Part shown: piece after piece, positions 18,897-28,737 of the stretch
Position numbering within the stretch: the stretch's first letter is position 1
Layout: every line of letters begins with the position of its first letter
NCBI GenBank assembly: GCA_900546525.1
Contig: URDE01000001.1
Coordinates: 1 to 56,838, forward strand
DNA from: an uncultured Collinsella sp.
Lineage (GTDB): Bacteria; Actinomycetota; Coriobacteriia; Coriobacteriales; Coriobacteriaceae
Direction of reading: 5' to 3'
Length of the DNA: 56,838 nt
The notes under the pieces: generated by a model
What the model saw: only the letters and a program-made list of their open reading frames with translations
Databases searched by the model: none
What the model was told of the DNA's origin: nothing
Program-made: the position numbers and the translations under genes

Positions 18897-18909
18897 GGAG
18901 GGGATGGGG

Positions 18910-19386
18910 TTAGCTGCGGGGTTGGTGGCGGAGTTTGTCGATGGTGGAGTCAGTGCTTCGGCTGTGGGCTTCGGCGGCGCGGTCGCGAGCGTCGGCTGCG
19001 GTTTGGCGCTTTCGGCGGTAATCGATCATGCCCTGGATGATGGGCTTGCCAAAGCTCACGACATCATCGTTGTAGATGGCGGTTCGGGCTGCGAGGAGGC
19101 AGTCGGTAAAGTCCATATGGGTCTTGCCAAAGAGTTTGACGGCAAGGGCGACAACGGTGGGCTCGTCGACCATGACGTCATCGAGCAGCCTTTTCATGGC
19201 CGTAGCAATCTCAGCGCGGGGAACCTTATAGACGTCGCGCAGCGTGACCACGACGCGCGTGATGATTTCGGGGTAGACGCGAGCAGTGCGTGTGGCGATG
19301 ACCTTGGAGGCGCGCGGTGACAGAACTTCGTCGTCGTCAAGCAGGTAGCGTAGGATGACGGTCTCGTCGATGATGGTGCTACTCAT
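18910..19386 (-). CDS. PIN-domain (VapC-like) toxin
   Basis: IDETVILRYLLDDD N-terminus and DFTDCLL motif; overlaps upstream antitoxin gene. Confidence 0.78.
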   Translation of the reverse strand: MSSTIIDETVILRYLLDDDEVLSPRASKVIATRTARVYPEIITRVVVTLRDVYKVPRAEIATAMKRLLDDVMVDEPTVVALAVKLFGKTHMDFTDCLLAARTAIYNDDVVSFGKPIIQGMIDYRRKRQTAADARDRAAEAHSRSTDSTIDKLRHQPRS

Positions 19387-19702
19387 GGATATCTACTTCC
19401 TCGGGACCCAAAATCGAATCGTCGCTTTCTGTAGCAAGGTACTCAATCCAGGCATTGCGCTCCTCGGAGCGGCGATTGGGGTCTCCATATGCTTTGAGCG
19501 ATCCATAGGCGGCGGTGCCGTCCTTTGAGCGCACGGCGACCGGCTGAAAGGGAAGCTTGCGCATCAAAATGCTCTGCGCGACAAAAAGGCGAACGGCCTC
19601 GGCAAGCGATGTGCCCATGGCGTCGTAGAGATGCTCGGCATGCTGTTTGTCCTCTTCGCGAATGCGCACCTGCAGGATGGCTCTTTTTTGCGTCGATGAC
19701 AT
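19379..19702 (-). CDS. RelB/DinJ-family antitoxin
   Basis: LQVRIREEDKQHAEHLYDAMGTSLAEAVRLFV...LPF ribbon-helix-helix pattern; GGGAGG RBS. Confidence 0.85.
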   Translation of the reverse strand: MSSTQKRAILQVRIREEDKQHAEHLYDAMGTSLAEAVRLFVAQSILMRKLPFQPVAVRSKDGTAAYGSLKAYGDPNRRSEERNAWIEYLATESDDSILGPEEVDIHE

Positions 19703-19745
19703 CACTGCCCTCCCTTAGCTAGCGTGCAATATAGTCGGTCAAATG

Positions 19746-19757
19746 CGGTATATACCG
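19746..19757. promoter_or_regulatory. Palindromic operator candidate for TA autorepression
   Basis: Perfect 12-bp palindrome CGGTATATACCG ~45 bp upstream of the antitoxin start. Confidence 0.45.
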
Positions 19758-19926
19758 ACATCTTAGAATCTTATAACCATTACTTTATTTCACTAAAGTA
19801 AATAATCATTAATACGAATACAAACGTAGTACATCCAAAATGAGAGCGCGTAAAAATCTCAGAGGTGTACGCATGTAATACACTCACCTTTATAGCTTCT
19901 AGAGAATAATTCCAACCTGCCAAAAC

Positions 19927-19952
19927 CCCTGCAATACACCCGTATTGCAGGG
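19927..19952. promoter_or_regulatory. Inverted repeat upstream of the formate hydrogenlyase operon
   Basis: CCCTGCAATAC-ACCC-GTATTGCAGGG perfect 11-bp IR without a U tail. Confidence 0.45.
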
Positions 19953-20130
19953 CCTATGCTCAAGTTTGCCACCTGCAACTGCGTATATTTAGTCTGTATA
20001 TCGTTGGAGGAATTCTATCGAAGTGCCTGTTTCGCCGCATGCACTCGATACGCCGATGCCGGACCACGGGCGGTCCGGGGCTACGTCGACAGGATCTCTC
20101 CGGCATGGGATTCAGGAGGGAGTGAACAAC

Positions 20131-20649
20131 ATGGGCAATAAACGAGTCGTGGCTGATTCTTCACGCTGCATTGGGTGCCAAACCTGTATGGCGGCGTGCA
20201 TCGAGGCACACGATATTCCCGGCAACATCGCCGCACCTCGCTTGCGCGTAACGCGCACCTACGAGATTTCCGCGCCGGTGGCATGTCACCACTGCGAGGA
20301 CGCTCCGTGCGCCAAGGCCTGTCCTACGGGCGCCTTGTTCTTTGATCCAAAGAACCATCGCATCGGCGTCAACGAGGACAACTGCATCGGTTGCAAGAGC
20401 TGCGTCATGGCATGCCCCTTTGGCGCCGTGAGCGTGGCGACCACGCAGGTCCCCGTCTTGATGGGCGACGTGCGCGTGGGTTCGCAGACTAAGAGCTTCG
20501 TGCTCAAGTGCGACCTGTGCGTGGACCGTCCCGGCGGTCCGGCGTGTGCCGAGGCGTGCCCGACCAAGGGCCTCACCCTGGTAGACGAGGAGCGCCTGGC
20601 AGAACTGACTGCCGAGCGTGCCCGCGCCACCATCGAAAACGAGGCGTAG
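20131..20649 (+). CDS. 4x[4Fe-4S] electron transfer protein (HydN/HycB-like)
   Basis: CIGCQTC, CHHCEDAPCAKAC, CIGCKSCVMAC and KCDLC motifs. Confidence 0.9.
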   Translation: MGNKRVVADSSRCIGCQTCMAACIEAHDIPGNIAAPRLRVTRTYEISAPVACHHCEDAPCAKACPTGALFFDPKNHRIGVNEDNCIGCKSCVMACPFGAVSVATTQVPVLMGDVRVGSQTKSFVLKCDLCVDRPGGPACAEACPTKGLTLVDEERLAELTAERARATIENEA

Positions 20650-20725
20650 ACGGGCGGCCATACAAGCCCAACGATTGTCATATACGTACCGATTACTCGG
20701 TAGCAGAGAAAGGAAGGAGGGTGTC

Positions 20726-22948
20726 ATGGAGAAGCATAAAGTGATCTGCCCGTACTGCGGCGCCGGTTGCCAGTTTAACCTCCTGGTCCAAAACGGCCAG
20801 GTCGTGGGTACCGAACCGCTCAACGGCATCACCAATCAGGGCGAGCTGTGCCTTAAGGGCATGAGCGGCTACGACTTCATCAACGACACCAAGATCTTGA
20901 CTCCTCGCGTACTGCACCCGATGATCCGCCGCACTAAGGGCGCGGATCTTGAGCGCGTAAGCTGGGACGAGGCGCTGGATTTCACCGCATCTAAGATGCA
21001 GGCCATAATTGACGAATATGGTCCTAACGCTGTCATGACCACCGGCTCTTCGCGAGGCGGCGGCAATGAGGCGAACTACGTCATGCAGAAGTTTACGCGT
21101 GCGTGCATCGGCACCCACAGCGTAGACAACTGCGCCCGTACTTGACACGGCCCTACTGTCCTCGGTCTGATGGACACGGTTGGTTCAGGTTGCATGTCAT
21201 GCTCCATCCCCGGTATGGAGGATGCGGGCTGCATTTTCCTCTTCGGCTATAACCCTGCCGATTCGCACCCCATCGTCGCAAGGCGTATCGTGCGAGCCAA
21301 AGAAAAGGGTTGCAAGATCATCGTCGCCGACCCGCGCCATATCGAAACCGCGCGTATCGCCGATCTCTACCTTCCGATCAAGAACGGTTGCAACGTCGCG
21401 TTCCTCAACGCCTTTGCCAACTGCTTGGTCAACGATGGCCTCTACGACAAGGAATTCGTCGCCGAGCACACGAACGGCTTTGACGAGTGGTGGGAGACCA
21501 TCAAGAACTACACTCCCGAATCCGTACAGGACATCACGGGTGTTGAGCCCGCGTTGATCCACCAAGCTGCCGAGATGTACGCCACGGCGAAGCCCTCTGC
21601 CATCATTGGCTGGGGCATGGGCGTATGCCAGCAGAAGCAGAACCTGAAGACGGTGCACACCATCGCCTCCATCGCCTGTGTTGCCGGCCAGATCGGCAAA
21701 CCCAATTCCGGCCTCGCGCCCGTGCGTGGCCAGAACAACGTCCAGGGCTCCTGCGATATGGGCATGCTGCCCAACCTGTACCCTGGCTACCAGAAGGTCA
21801 CCGACCCGGCAGTGCGCGCCAAGTTTGCCAAGGCTTGGGGCGTGCCCGAGGAAAAGCTCCCGCTCGAGGAGGGCTACAAGCTCACCGACCTGGGCCACCT
21901 GGTCGACGAGGGCAAGGTGCACTGCTTCTACAACTACGGCGAGGACCCGGTGCAGACCGAGCCCGATTCGGCCGGTATGCGCAAGACGCTCTCCGAGCTG
22001 GATCTGTTCATTTGCCAGGACATCTTTATGACGCAGACGACCATGCTCGCCGACGTCATCCTGCCTGCCACCTCTTGGGGCGAGCACGAGGGTGTCTTTA
22101 CCGCATCCGACCGTAGCTTCCAGCACTTTGACGCGGCCGTTCCGCCCAAGGGCGAGTGCCGTCACGACTGGGAGATCTTCGCGGACCTGTCCACGCGCAT
22201 GGGCTACCCCATGCACTACGACAACACCGAGCAGATCTGGAACGAGTGCATTAGCCTGTGCCCCAACTTTGTGGGCGCAACCTACGAGAAGATGGCCCCC
22301 GAGGGCGGCTACGCTCAGTGGCCCGTCAAGAGCACCGATGTGAACGACCACGGTACGGCCGACATGTTCGCAGGCGGCAAGTTCACCACCAAGGACGGCC
22401 GCGCCAACCTGATGGCGCACGACTGGGAGGCGCCCTCCGAGCTTCCCGACGATGAGTACCCGCTCATCCTGTGCACCGTCCGTGAGGTCGGCCACTACAG
22501 CTGCCGCTCGATGACCGGCAACTGCAAGACGCTGGCGCTGCTTGCCGACGAGCCCGGTTTTGTCCGCATGAATCCCGCGGACGCCCAGGCGCGCGGCATC
22601 AAGAACGGCGACATCGTCTCGATTCACAGCCGCCGCGGCCAGGTATACAGCCGCGCCGACGTGAGCGACCGTATCAACAAGGGCACGGTCTATATGACCT
22701 ACCAGTGGTGGATCGGCAAGTGCAACGAGCTGACCATGCACAAGGTCGACCCGGTCTCGCATACGCCCGAGGACAAGTTCTCCGCCTGCCAGGTCGACGC
22801 TATCGCCGACCAGGTCTGGGCTGAGGGCGAGGTGGAGCGTCAGTACACCGAGCTCAAGCAGGCTCTGGTGGACGCCGCCGCTCCCCAGGACGTTGAGCCC
22901 GGCGCCGCCAAGTTCGACGACGAGACGCACGTGAATCAAATCGTGTAG
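20726..22948 (+). CDS. fdhF: Formate dehydrogenase H alpha subunit, selenoprotein (Sec140 from UGA 21143-21145)
   Basis: CPYCGAGC...LCLKG Fe-S motif, VDNCART-U-HGP active site, RGQNNVQG; two ORF halves in frame across TGA. Confidence 0.96.
21157..21176 (+). promoter_or_regulatory. SECIS hairpin of fdhF
   Basis: TGTCC-TC-GGTCT-GA-T-GGACA stem-loop 11 nt after UGA with GGUCU loop. Confidence 0.75.
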
Positions 22949-22969
22949 TCCCGTTCTCGTTGGCTTTTT

Positions 22970-23004
22970 GGGCCGGGCGTCCCGTACGTTCGGGAGCCCG
23001 GCCC
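22970..23004 (+). other. Intra-operon GC-rich hairpin (weak terminator or mRNA stabiliser)
   Basis: GGGCCGGGC...GCCCGGCCC stem between fdhF and hyfA followed by GTTATTTT. Confidence 0.5.
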
Positions 23005-23026
23005 GTTATTTTGAAAGGAAGTGGGG

Positions 23027-23644
23027 ATGAACCGCTTCATCGACATCAACCCGGAGAGGTGCATCGGTTGCGGAACATGCCAGTCCGCCTGTGCCGACGC
23101 CCACCGGATGCAGGGTCTTCAGGATACGCCGCGCCTGGCGCTCGTGAAGACCGGCGGTATTTCGGCCGCCCTTGCCTGCCACCATTGCGAGGGTGCCCCC
23201 TGCGCCGAGGTTTGCCCGGTGAATGCCATCGAGCACGATGGCGACCGCATCCACGTCAAGGAGCAGGAGTGCATCGGGTGCAGGCTGTGCGCCATCGCGT
23301 GCCCCTTCGGAGCCATCCATCCCGATGGCACGTCTATCGCCGGTGTCGCAGGCATGTGCGATCCGACGCCTTCGTATCCTAAGTCCCTGAGCAGCCTTCT
23401 TACGTGGGCTCCCGGCCAGTACACCTGCGCTGTCAAGTGCGACCTGTGCGCCTTCGATCCGGACGGCCCGCATTGTGTGGCGGCGTGCCCCACCAAGGCG
23501 CTGACCGTCATGGGCGGCGCGGCCGATCGCGAGCTCGACGAGGCCAAGCGCCTGCGCTCGATCGAAAACGGTCCGGTCGTCGACGTTACCGCTGTGGCCC
23601 AGGGCTTGTCCGAGAAAGCAGAAGGGAGCGTAAAGAATGGATAG
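23027..23644 (+). CDS. hyfA: Hydrogenase-4 component A / HycB-like Fe-S protein
   Basis: Four Cys-cluster motifs; position before the membrane subunits. Confidence 0.85.
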   Translation: MNRFIDINPERCIGCGTCQSACADAHRMQGLQDTPRLALVKTGGISAALACHHCEGAPCAEVCPVNAIEHDGDRIHVKEQECIGCRLCAIACPFGAIHPDGTSIAGVAGMCDPTPSYPKSLSSLLTWAPGQYTCAVKCDLCAFDPDGPHCVAACPTKALTVMGGAADRELDEAKRLRSIENGPVVDVTAVAQGLSEKAEGSVKNG

Positions 23645-25655
23645 CATGACGCTGTTTATCGCATCGCTTGCCGTCTCGTGCATCGGTGCGCTCGCCTCGG
23701 TTCTGCTGATCAAGGCCGATAACGCCGCCAAGACCGCCGGCTGCCTTATCGGCGCCGTCGCCGCGGTGCTTTCGTTTGTGGCCGGTATCCAGGCCGTGCT
23801 GGGCGATGTCACGTCGGTCGACACCATCGTGTTCTTCCCGTTTGCCCATTTCCAGCTGCTGCTCAATCAGCTGTCCGGCCTGTTCGTGGCGCTCATCTCG
23901 GTGCTCGCGTTTGCCGGTTCGATCTACGGTCTCAACTACTTTGATGAGTACCCGGGCAAAAAGGGCCGCGCCGGCTTCTTCTTTAACACCTTCGTGGCGT
24001 CCATGATGCTCGTCATCACCGCCGACAACGTGTTTTGGTTCCTGGTGGCCTTTGAGCTTATGTCGCTGACCTCGTACTTCCTGGTCGTGATCGAGGAGAA
24101 CGAGAACTCCATCCATGGCGGTTGGCTCTACTTTGTGATCGCGCACGTGGGCTTTGTGCTCATCATGGCGAGCTTCCTCACCATGACCAACTTCGCCGGT
24201 GGCTCGTTTGCCTTTGCGGATTTCCGCGCTACGCAGTTTAGTCCCGCGGTCGCATCCGTGTGCTTCGTGCTCGCCTTCTTTGGCTTTGGCGCCAAGGCCG
24301 GTATCATCCCGCTGCACGGCTGGCTGCCCAAGGCACATCCCGAGGCGCCGTCCAACGTGTCGGCCCTCATGTCCGGCGGCATGATCAAGATCGGTATCTT
24401 CGGCATCCTCAAGGTTGGTCTCGACCTGCTCTCCGCCTCGGGCGTTCAGGTCTGGTGGGGCCTTATGGTCATGGTCTTCGGTGCGATCTCGTCGGTCCTC
24501 GGCGTGGCCTTCGCCCTGCAGGAGCATGACATCAAGCGCCTGCTGGCCTATCACTCCGTCGAGAACATCGGCATCATTCTGCTCGGCGTTGGCGCCTCCA
24601 TGGCCGCCATGGCGCTCAACTCGGTCGGCATCGCCGTCCTGGCTCTGATGGCCGCCCTCTACCACACGTTTAACCACGCGATGTTTAAGGGCGAGCTGTT
24701 CTTGGGCGCCGGTGCGCTGCTGTACTCCACGGGTACGCGCAATATGGAGAAGATGGGCGGTCTGTTCCGTCGTATGCCGGCAACGGCCATCTGCTTCCTC
24801 GTTGGCGCGCTTGCCATCTCGGCCATCCCGCCCTTCAACGGCTTCGTGTCCGAGTGGTTTACCTACCAGTCGCTGTTTAACGCCGCCATGCAGGGCGACA
24901 AGGCCGTCATGATCGTGGCCGTGTTCGCTGCCGTCGCGCTTGCCATTACCGGCGCGCTGGCTGTCACGTGCTTCGTCAAGGCCTATGGCGTCTCCTTTGC
25001 CTCCGCGCCCCGCTCCGAGGCAGCGGCCAATGCCAAGGAGGTTCCCGCCCCTATGGTGTTTGCGCAGGGCCTGCTCGCGGCCATCTGCGTCGTGCTGGGC
25101 ATTGGCGCTCCCGTGATCGCGCCCGTGCTGGTCGATGTCGCCGCGTCCGTGCTGCATCCGTACGGCGGCGTGTTTGCCGCCGAGGGCATGGAGCTCATGA
25201 ACCAGTACTCCGGCGCTGCCACCTCCACGCCCGCGATCGCTATTGCGCTCGTGGTGCTCGTCGGTCTTGCCTGCGGTTATCGCAAGCTCAAGACCGTCGG
25301 CAAGGTGCAGAAGTCCCAGCCGTGGGCATGCGGCTATGCTCCCAACGAGCATATGCCCGTCGTGGCCACGACCTTTGCCTCCGAGGTGTCCTGGTTTATG
25401 CAGCCGCTCTACACGCTGCGCGACCGCTGCACGGCCGTCTGCTGGTCCATCGCGCACTTCTTCCAGAAGCTCACCGGTGTGGCCGAGGCTGTGGAGCCCG
25501 TACCCGACAAGGTTCTCGTCGATGCCCCGCATAAGGGTGTCGAGAAGCTCGCCGACCTCGCGACTAAGCTCGAGGGTGGCAACTACAGCATCTATATCTG
25601 CTACATCGTCGCGGCACTCGTGGTGTTCCTCGTGCTCGCCGTGCAAATGGGTTAA
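23637..25655 (+). CDS. hyfB: Hydrogenase-4 component B (proton-conducting membrane subunit)
   Basis: AFELMSL, GAKAGIIPLHGWLPKAHPEAPS and KRLLAYHSVEN motifs. Confidence 0.9.
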   Translation: MDSMTLFIASLAVSCIGALASVLLIKADNAAKTAGCLIGAVAAVLSFVAGIQAVLGDVTSVDTIVFFPFAHFQLLLNQLSGLFVALISVLAFAGSIYGLNYFDEYPGKKGRAGFFFNTFVASMMLVITADNVFWFLVAFELMSLTSYFLVVIEENENSIHGGWLYFVIAHVGFVLIMASFLTMTNFAGGSFAFADFRATQFSPAVASVCFVLAFFGFGAKAGIIPLHGWLPKAHPEAPSNVSALMSGGMIKIGIFGILKVGLDLLSASGVQVWWGLMVMVFGAISSVLGVAFALQEHDIKRLLAYHSVENIGIILLGVGASMAAMALNSVGIAVLALMAALYHTFNHAMFKGELFLGAGALLYSTGTRNMEKMGGLFRRMPATAICFLVGALAISAIPPFNGFVSEWFTYQSLFNAAMQGDKAVMIVAVFAAVALAITGALAVTCFVKAYGVSFASAPRSEAAANAKEVPAPMVFAQGLLAAICVVLGIGAPVIAPVLVDVAASVLHPYGGVFAAEGMELMNQYSGAATSTPAIAIALVVLVGLACGYRKLKTVGKVQKSQPWACGYAPNEHMPVVATTFASEVSWFMQPLYTLRDRCTAVCWSIAHFFQKLTGVAEAVEPVPDKVLVDAPHKGVEKLADLATKLEGGNYSIYICYIVAALVVFLVLAVQMG

Positions 25656-25667
25656 GGAGGGGAGAGC

Positions 25668-26594
25668 ATGAACAACATCGTACTTGCCGTTCTGCAGGGC
25701 GTGGTCGTCATGGCCGTCGCGCCGTTCTTCTCCGGTCTCGGCCGCGTGATCCGCGCCAAGATGCACAACCGTCGCGGCCCCAGCATCATGCAGGACTATC
25801 GCGACCTGGCCAAGCTCTTTGCGCGCCCCGAGTCCCAGAGCGAGGACGCGAGCTTTGCGCTGCGCATTATGCCGCCGCTGTTCTTCGCCGTCGCCTTTAT
25901 GCTCGCGATGGGCCTGCCGCTCTTTACGGCGCAAAGCCCCATCCCGGTCTTTGGTGACGCCATCACCATCATGTACAGCCTGGCGCTCGCCCGCTTCTTC
26001 TTCGCCCTCTGCGGCGTGGATTCGTCCAACGCCTACGCCGGTATCGGCGGCGTCCGCGAGCTGCTCATGAGCGTGCTCATTGAGCCGTCCATGCTGCTAG
26101 CGCTGTTTGCCGCCGCCCTGGTGTGCGGCTCCACCGACATCGCTACCATGGGTCAGCACATCATGACGGGCGCCGTCGACGCGCCGGTCGCCGTGATCCT
26201 CGCCGGCATCGCCTTTGCGATTGCCTGCTACATGGAGCTCGGCAAGCTGCCGTTTGATCAGGCCGAGGCCGAGCAGGAGCTCCAGGAAGGTCCGCTCGCA
26301 GAGCTTTCCGGTCCGTCGCTTGCGATGGCCAAGCTCGCCATGTCCATGAAGCAGGTCCTGGTCGTCGCCTGGTTCTGCGCGATCTTCGTCCCCTGGGGCG
26401 AGCCCGCGACCGTGGGCGCCGCCGCCGTTCTGGGCGCGGTCATCTTCCTGGTGAAGTGCCTTGTCGACTTTGCCGTGTGCGGCGTGATCGAGAACTCCTG
26501 CTCGCGCTCTCGTTTTAAGGTGCTTGGCAATCAGACCTGGGCTGTCGTGGGCATCGCCGTTCTGGCGTTTGTCTTCGTGGTCGTCGGCGTGTAG
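25668..26594 (+). CDS. hyfC: Hydrogenase-4 component C (NuoH-like)
   Basis: RRGPSIMQDYRDLAKL and KLPFDQAEAEQELQEGP motifs. Confidence 0.9.
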   Translation: MNNIVLAVLQGVVVMAVAPFFSGLGRVIRAKMHNRRGPSIMQDYRDLAKLFARPESQSEDASFALRIMPPLFFAVAFMLAMGLPLFTAQSPIPVFGDAITIMYSLALARFFFALCGVDSSNAYAGIGGVRELLMSVLIEPSMLLALFAAALVCGSTDIATMGQHIMTGAVDAPVAVILAGIAFAIACYMELGKLPFDQAEAEQELQEGPLAELSGPSLAMAKLAMSMKQVLVVAWFCAIFVPWGEPATVGAAAVLGAVIFLVKCLVDFAVCGVIENSCSRSRFKVLGNQTWAVVGIAVLAFVFVVVGV

Positions 26595-26609
26595 GAGAAG
26601 GGAGAAACA

Positions 26610-28067
26610 ATGTCATTTGCAGTCAGTCTGTCCCTTCTCGGCTTGGTCGCTATCGCGGCCCCGATGGTGGCCTCGGTGCTCGTCGCCCTGTTCCCCCGTC
26701 CGTACGCCAAGTGGTTCAGCGTTTTAGGTGCCGCCGTCTCGACGGTTTGCACCATTGCCCTCGCCGCGAATTTCGCTGGCGCCGGCATGCCCGACACGCA
26801 GGTCCCCCTGATCTCGTTTGGGCAGACCCTCGTCATGGGATTCACCTTCGATCGCATGAGCACGCTGCTCGCGCCCGCCTTTGTGGGTATCGGCCTGCTT
26901 GTCGTGATCTATTCGATTCCCTATATGAGCGAGAATAACCGTGAGCATCCCGACGCACCGCGTCGCCGCTTCTACGCGTACCTCGCGACCTTTATCGGCG
27001 CCATGGCCGGCCTCGTGTACAGCTCGACCCTTTTGGGCCAGCTCGTGTTCTTTGAGATCACGGGTGCGTGCTCTTGGGGCCTCATTAGCTACTACATGAC
27101 GCCTACGGCCAAGAAGGCCGGCATGAAGGCCCTCATCATCACGCATATCGGTGCGCTCGGCCTGTATCTGGGCGCCGCCATCGTGTTTGCCCACACCGGC
27201 ACCTTCGCCATCACCGCGATTGCCGGCCTCGACACCAAGCTCAAGGCCATCGTCCTTTTGCTCGTGCTGTTTGCGGCCTGGGCCAAGTCCGCACAGGTCC
27301 CCATGTACATGTGGCTGCCTTCGGCCATGGAAGCGCCGACGCCTGTTTCGGCCTACCTGCATGGTGCCTCGATGGTCAAGGTCGGCGTGTGCGTGTTCGC
27401 GCGCGCACTCGTCTCTGCCGGCGAGATTCCCGAGATCGTGGGCTGGGTGGCCATTATCGACGCCATGGTCACCATGCTCTTTGGTTTCCTGATGTACCTG
27501 CCGCAAAAGGACATGAAGCGCCTGCTGGCCTTCTCCACGATCGCCCAGCTCTCCTATGTGTTCTTTGGTCTGGGCCTTTCGGTCTTTGGCAGCCAGCTGG
27601 CCTTTGATGGCGCCGTGTGCCACATCTTTAACCACGCTTTCGCCAAGACGCTGTTCTTCCTGATCGCCGGTTCGTTCTCCTTTACGCTCGGCACGCGTAT
27701 GCTGCCCAAGCTTCGCGGCATCGTAAAGAAGTACCCGATCTCGGGCGTGGGCTTTGGTGTCGCGGCACTCGCCATTGCCGGCGTGCCGCCCATGAACACG
27801 TTCTTCTCGAAGTTCCAGATCATCGCCGGCGGCTTCTCTGTGGGCGCCGGTAACGTCGCGATCCTGGTGCTCGTGTGCATCATGGTTGCCGAGACCGTCG
27901 CCACCTTTGCCTGGTTCCTCAAGTGGATGGGCTATTGCCTGCCCGGCGAGCCGAGCGAAGAGGTCGCTGCGGGAGCCCCGCTTCCCCGCGCGATGGCGTT
28001 CGTGTTCATCGTGCTCATCATCATGGTCATCGTCAGCGGCCCGCTTTCGGCCAGCTGGATCGGTTAG
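26610..28067 (+). CDS. hyfD: Hydrogenase-4 component D
   Basis: AKSAQVP-WLPSAMEAPTPVSAYLH, KRLLAFSTIAQL and NHAFAK motifs. Confidence 0.9.
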   Translation: MSFAVSLSLLGLVAIAAPMVASVLVALFPRPYAKWFSVLGAAVSTVCTIALAANFAGAGMPDTQVPLISFGQTLVMGFTFDRMSTLLAPAFVGIGLLVVIYSIPYMSENNREHPDAPRRRFYAYLATFIGAMAGLVYSSTLLGQLVFFEITGACSWGLISYYMTPTAKKAGMKALIITHIGALGLYLGAAIVFAHTGTFAITAIAGLDTKLKAIVLLLVLFAAWAKSAQVPMYMWLPSAMEAPTPVSAYLHGASMVKVGVCVFARALVSAGEIPEIVGWVAIIDAMVTMLFGFLMYLPQKDMKRLLAFSTIAQLSYVFFGLGLSVFGSQLAFDGAVCHIFNHAFAKTLFFLIAGSFSFTLGTRMLPKLRGIVKKYPISGVGFGVAALAIAGVPPMNTFFSKFQIIAGGFSVGAGNVAILVLVCIMVAETVATFAWFLKWMGYCLPGEPSEEVAAGAPLPRAMAFVFIVLIIMVIVSGPLSASWIG

Positions 28068-28080
28068 GAGGTAGAACGAC

Positions 28081-28734
28081 ATGGGTTATTCGATCGTCAA
28101 CATCCTTGGCGGCCTTCTGATCGTCACGTCCACCATGGTGGTTGTCTCCAAGAACATCAAACATGCCATCAACTGGTATGCGGTGCAGTCGCTGGTGCTC
28201 GTGGGACTTCTCGCCACGCTCGGTGTCACCACCGGTGCGCAGGAGCTGCTTATGTGGGCCGGATCCGCCTTTATTACCAAGGTCGTCCTGGTTCCCTATA
28301 TCCTCAACCGTGCGCACAAGAAGATGGGCGAGCCGAGCGATGCATCGCTCAAGGCCGGCCTTAAGCCCGCGTGGGCCATTTGCATCATCGCCGTGGAGGT
28401 CGCGATTTGCTTTGCCGTCGTGACGCAGATCAGCCTTCCCACGGCCGAGGTCGCAACGCCTGCGCTCGCCATTAGCTTCGCTCACTTCTTTGTGGGCCTC
28501 ACCTGCATCATTTCGCAGCGCAACATCATGAAGCAGATCTTTGGATACTGCCTTATGGAAAACGGCAGCCATGTGACGCTCGCGCTTTTGGCCCCCACCG
28601 CTCCCGAGATCATCGAGATCGGTATCGCCACCGACGCCATCTTTGCCGTCATCATCATGTCCATCGTCGTGCGTCGCATTTGGGACGACTCCCACTCGCT
28701 CGATGCGCGCGACCTGTCCGAGCTGAGGGGGTAG
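28081..28734 (+). CDS. hyfE: Hydrogenase-4 component E
   Basis: Hydrophobic; QRNIMKQIFGYCLMENG and EIGIATDAIF motifs. Confidence 0.9.
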   Translation: MGYSIVNILGGLLIVTSTMVVVSKNIKHAINWYAVQSLVLVGLLATLGVTTGAQELLMWAGSAFITKVVLVPYILNRAHKKMGEPSDASLKAGLKPAWAICIIAVEVAICFAVVTQISLPTAEVATPALAISFAHFFVGLTCIISQRNIMKQIFGYCLMENGSHVTLALLAPTAPEIIEIGIATDAIFAVIIMSIVVRRIWDDSHSLDARDLSELRG

Positions 28735-28737
28735 TCC

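Larger units (their letters stand above)
17533..18905. mobile_element. Putative element bounded by 37-bp perfect terminal inverted repeats, each end a REP-like hairpin, carrying one AbiEi/DUF559-like gene
   Basis: ATCCCCTCCTAAGTTGCGGTGAAATACGGACTGTTTT (17533-17569) is the exact reverse complement of 18869-18905; interior is visibly lower GC. Confidence 0.6.

Noticed and set aside
17388..19760. tRNA-integrated genomic island or prophage
   Set aside because: No integrase and no duplicated tRNA 3' end seen downstream
20726..22948. fdhF apparently split into two ORFs
   Set aside because: In-frame TGA at the active-site residue 140 with a SECIS hairpin
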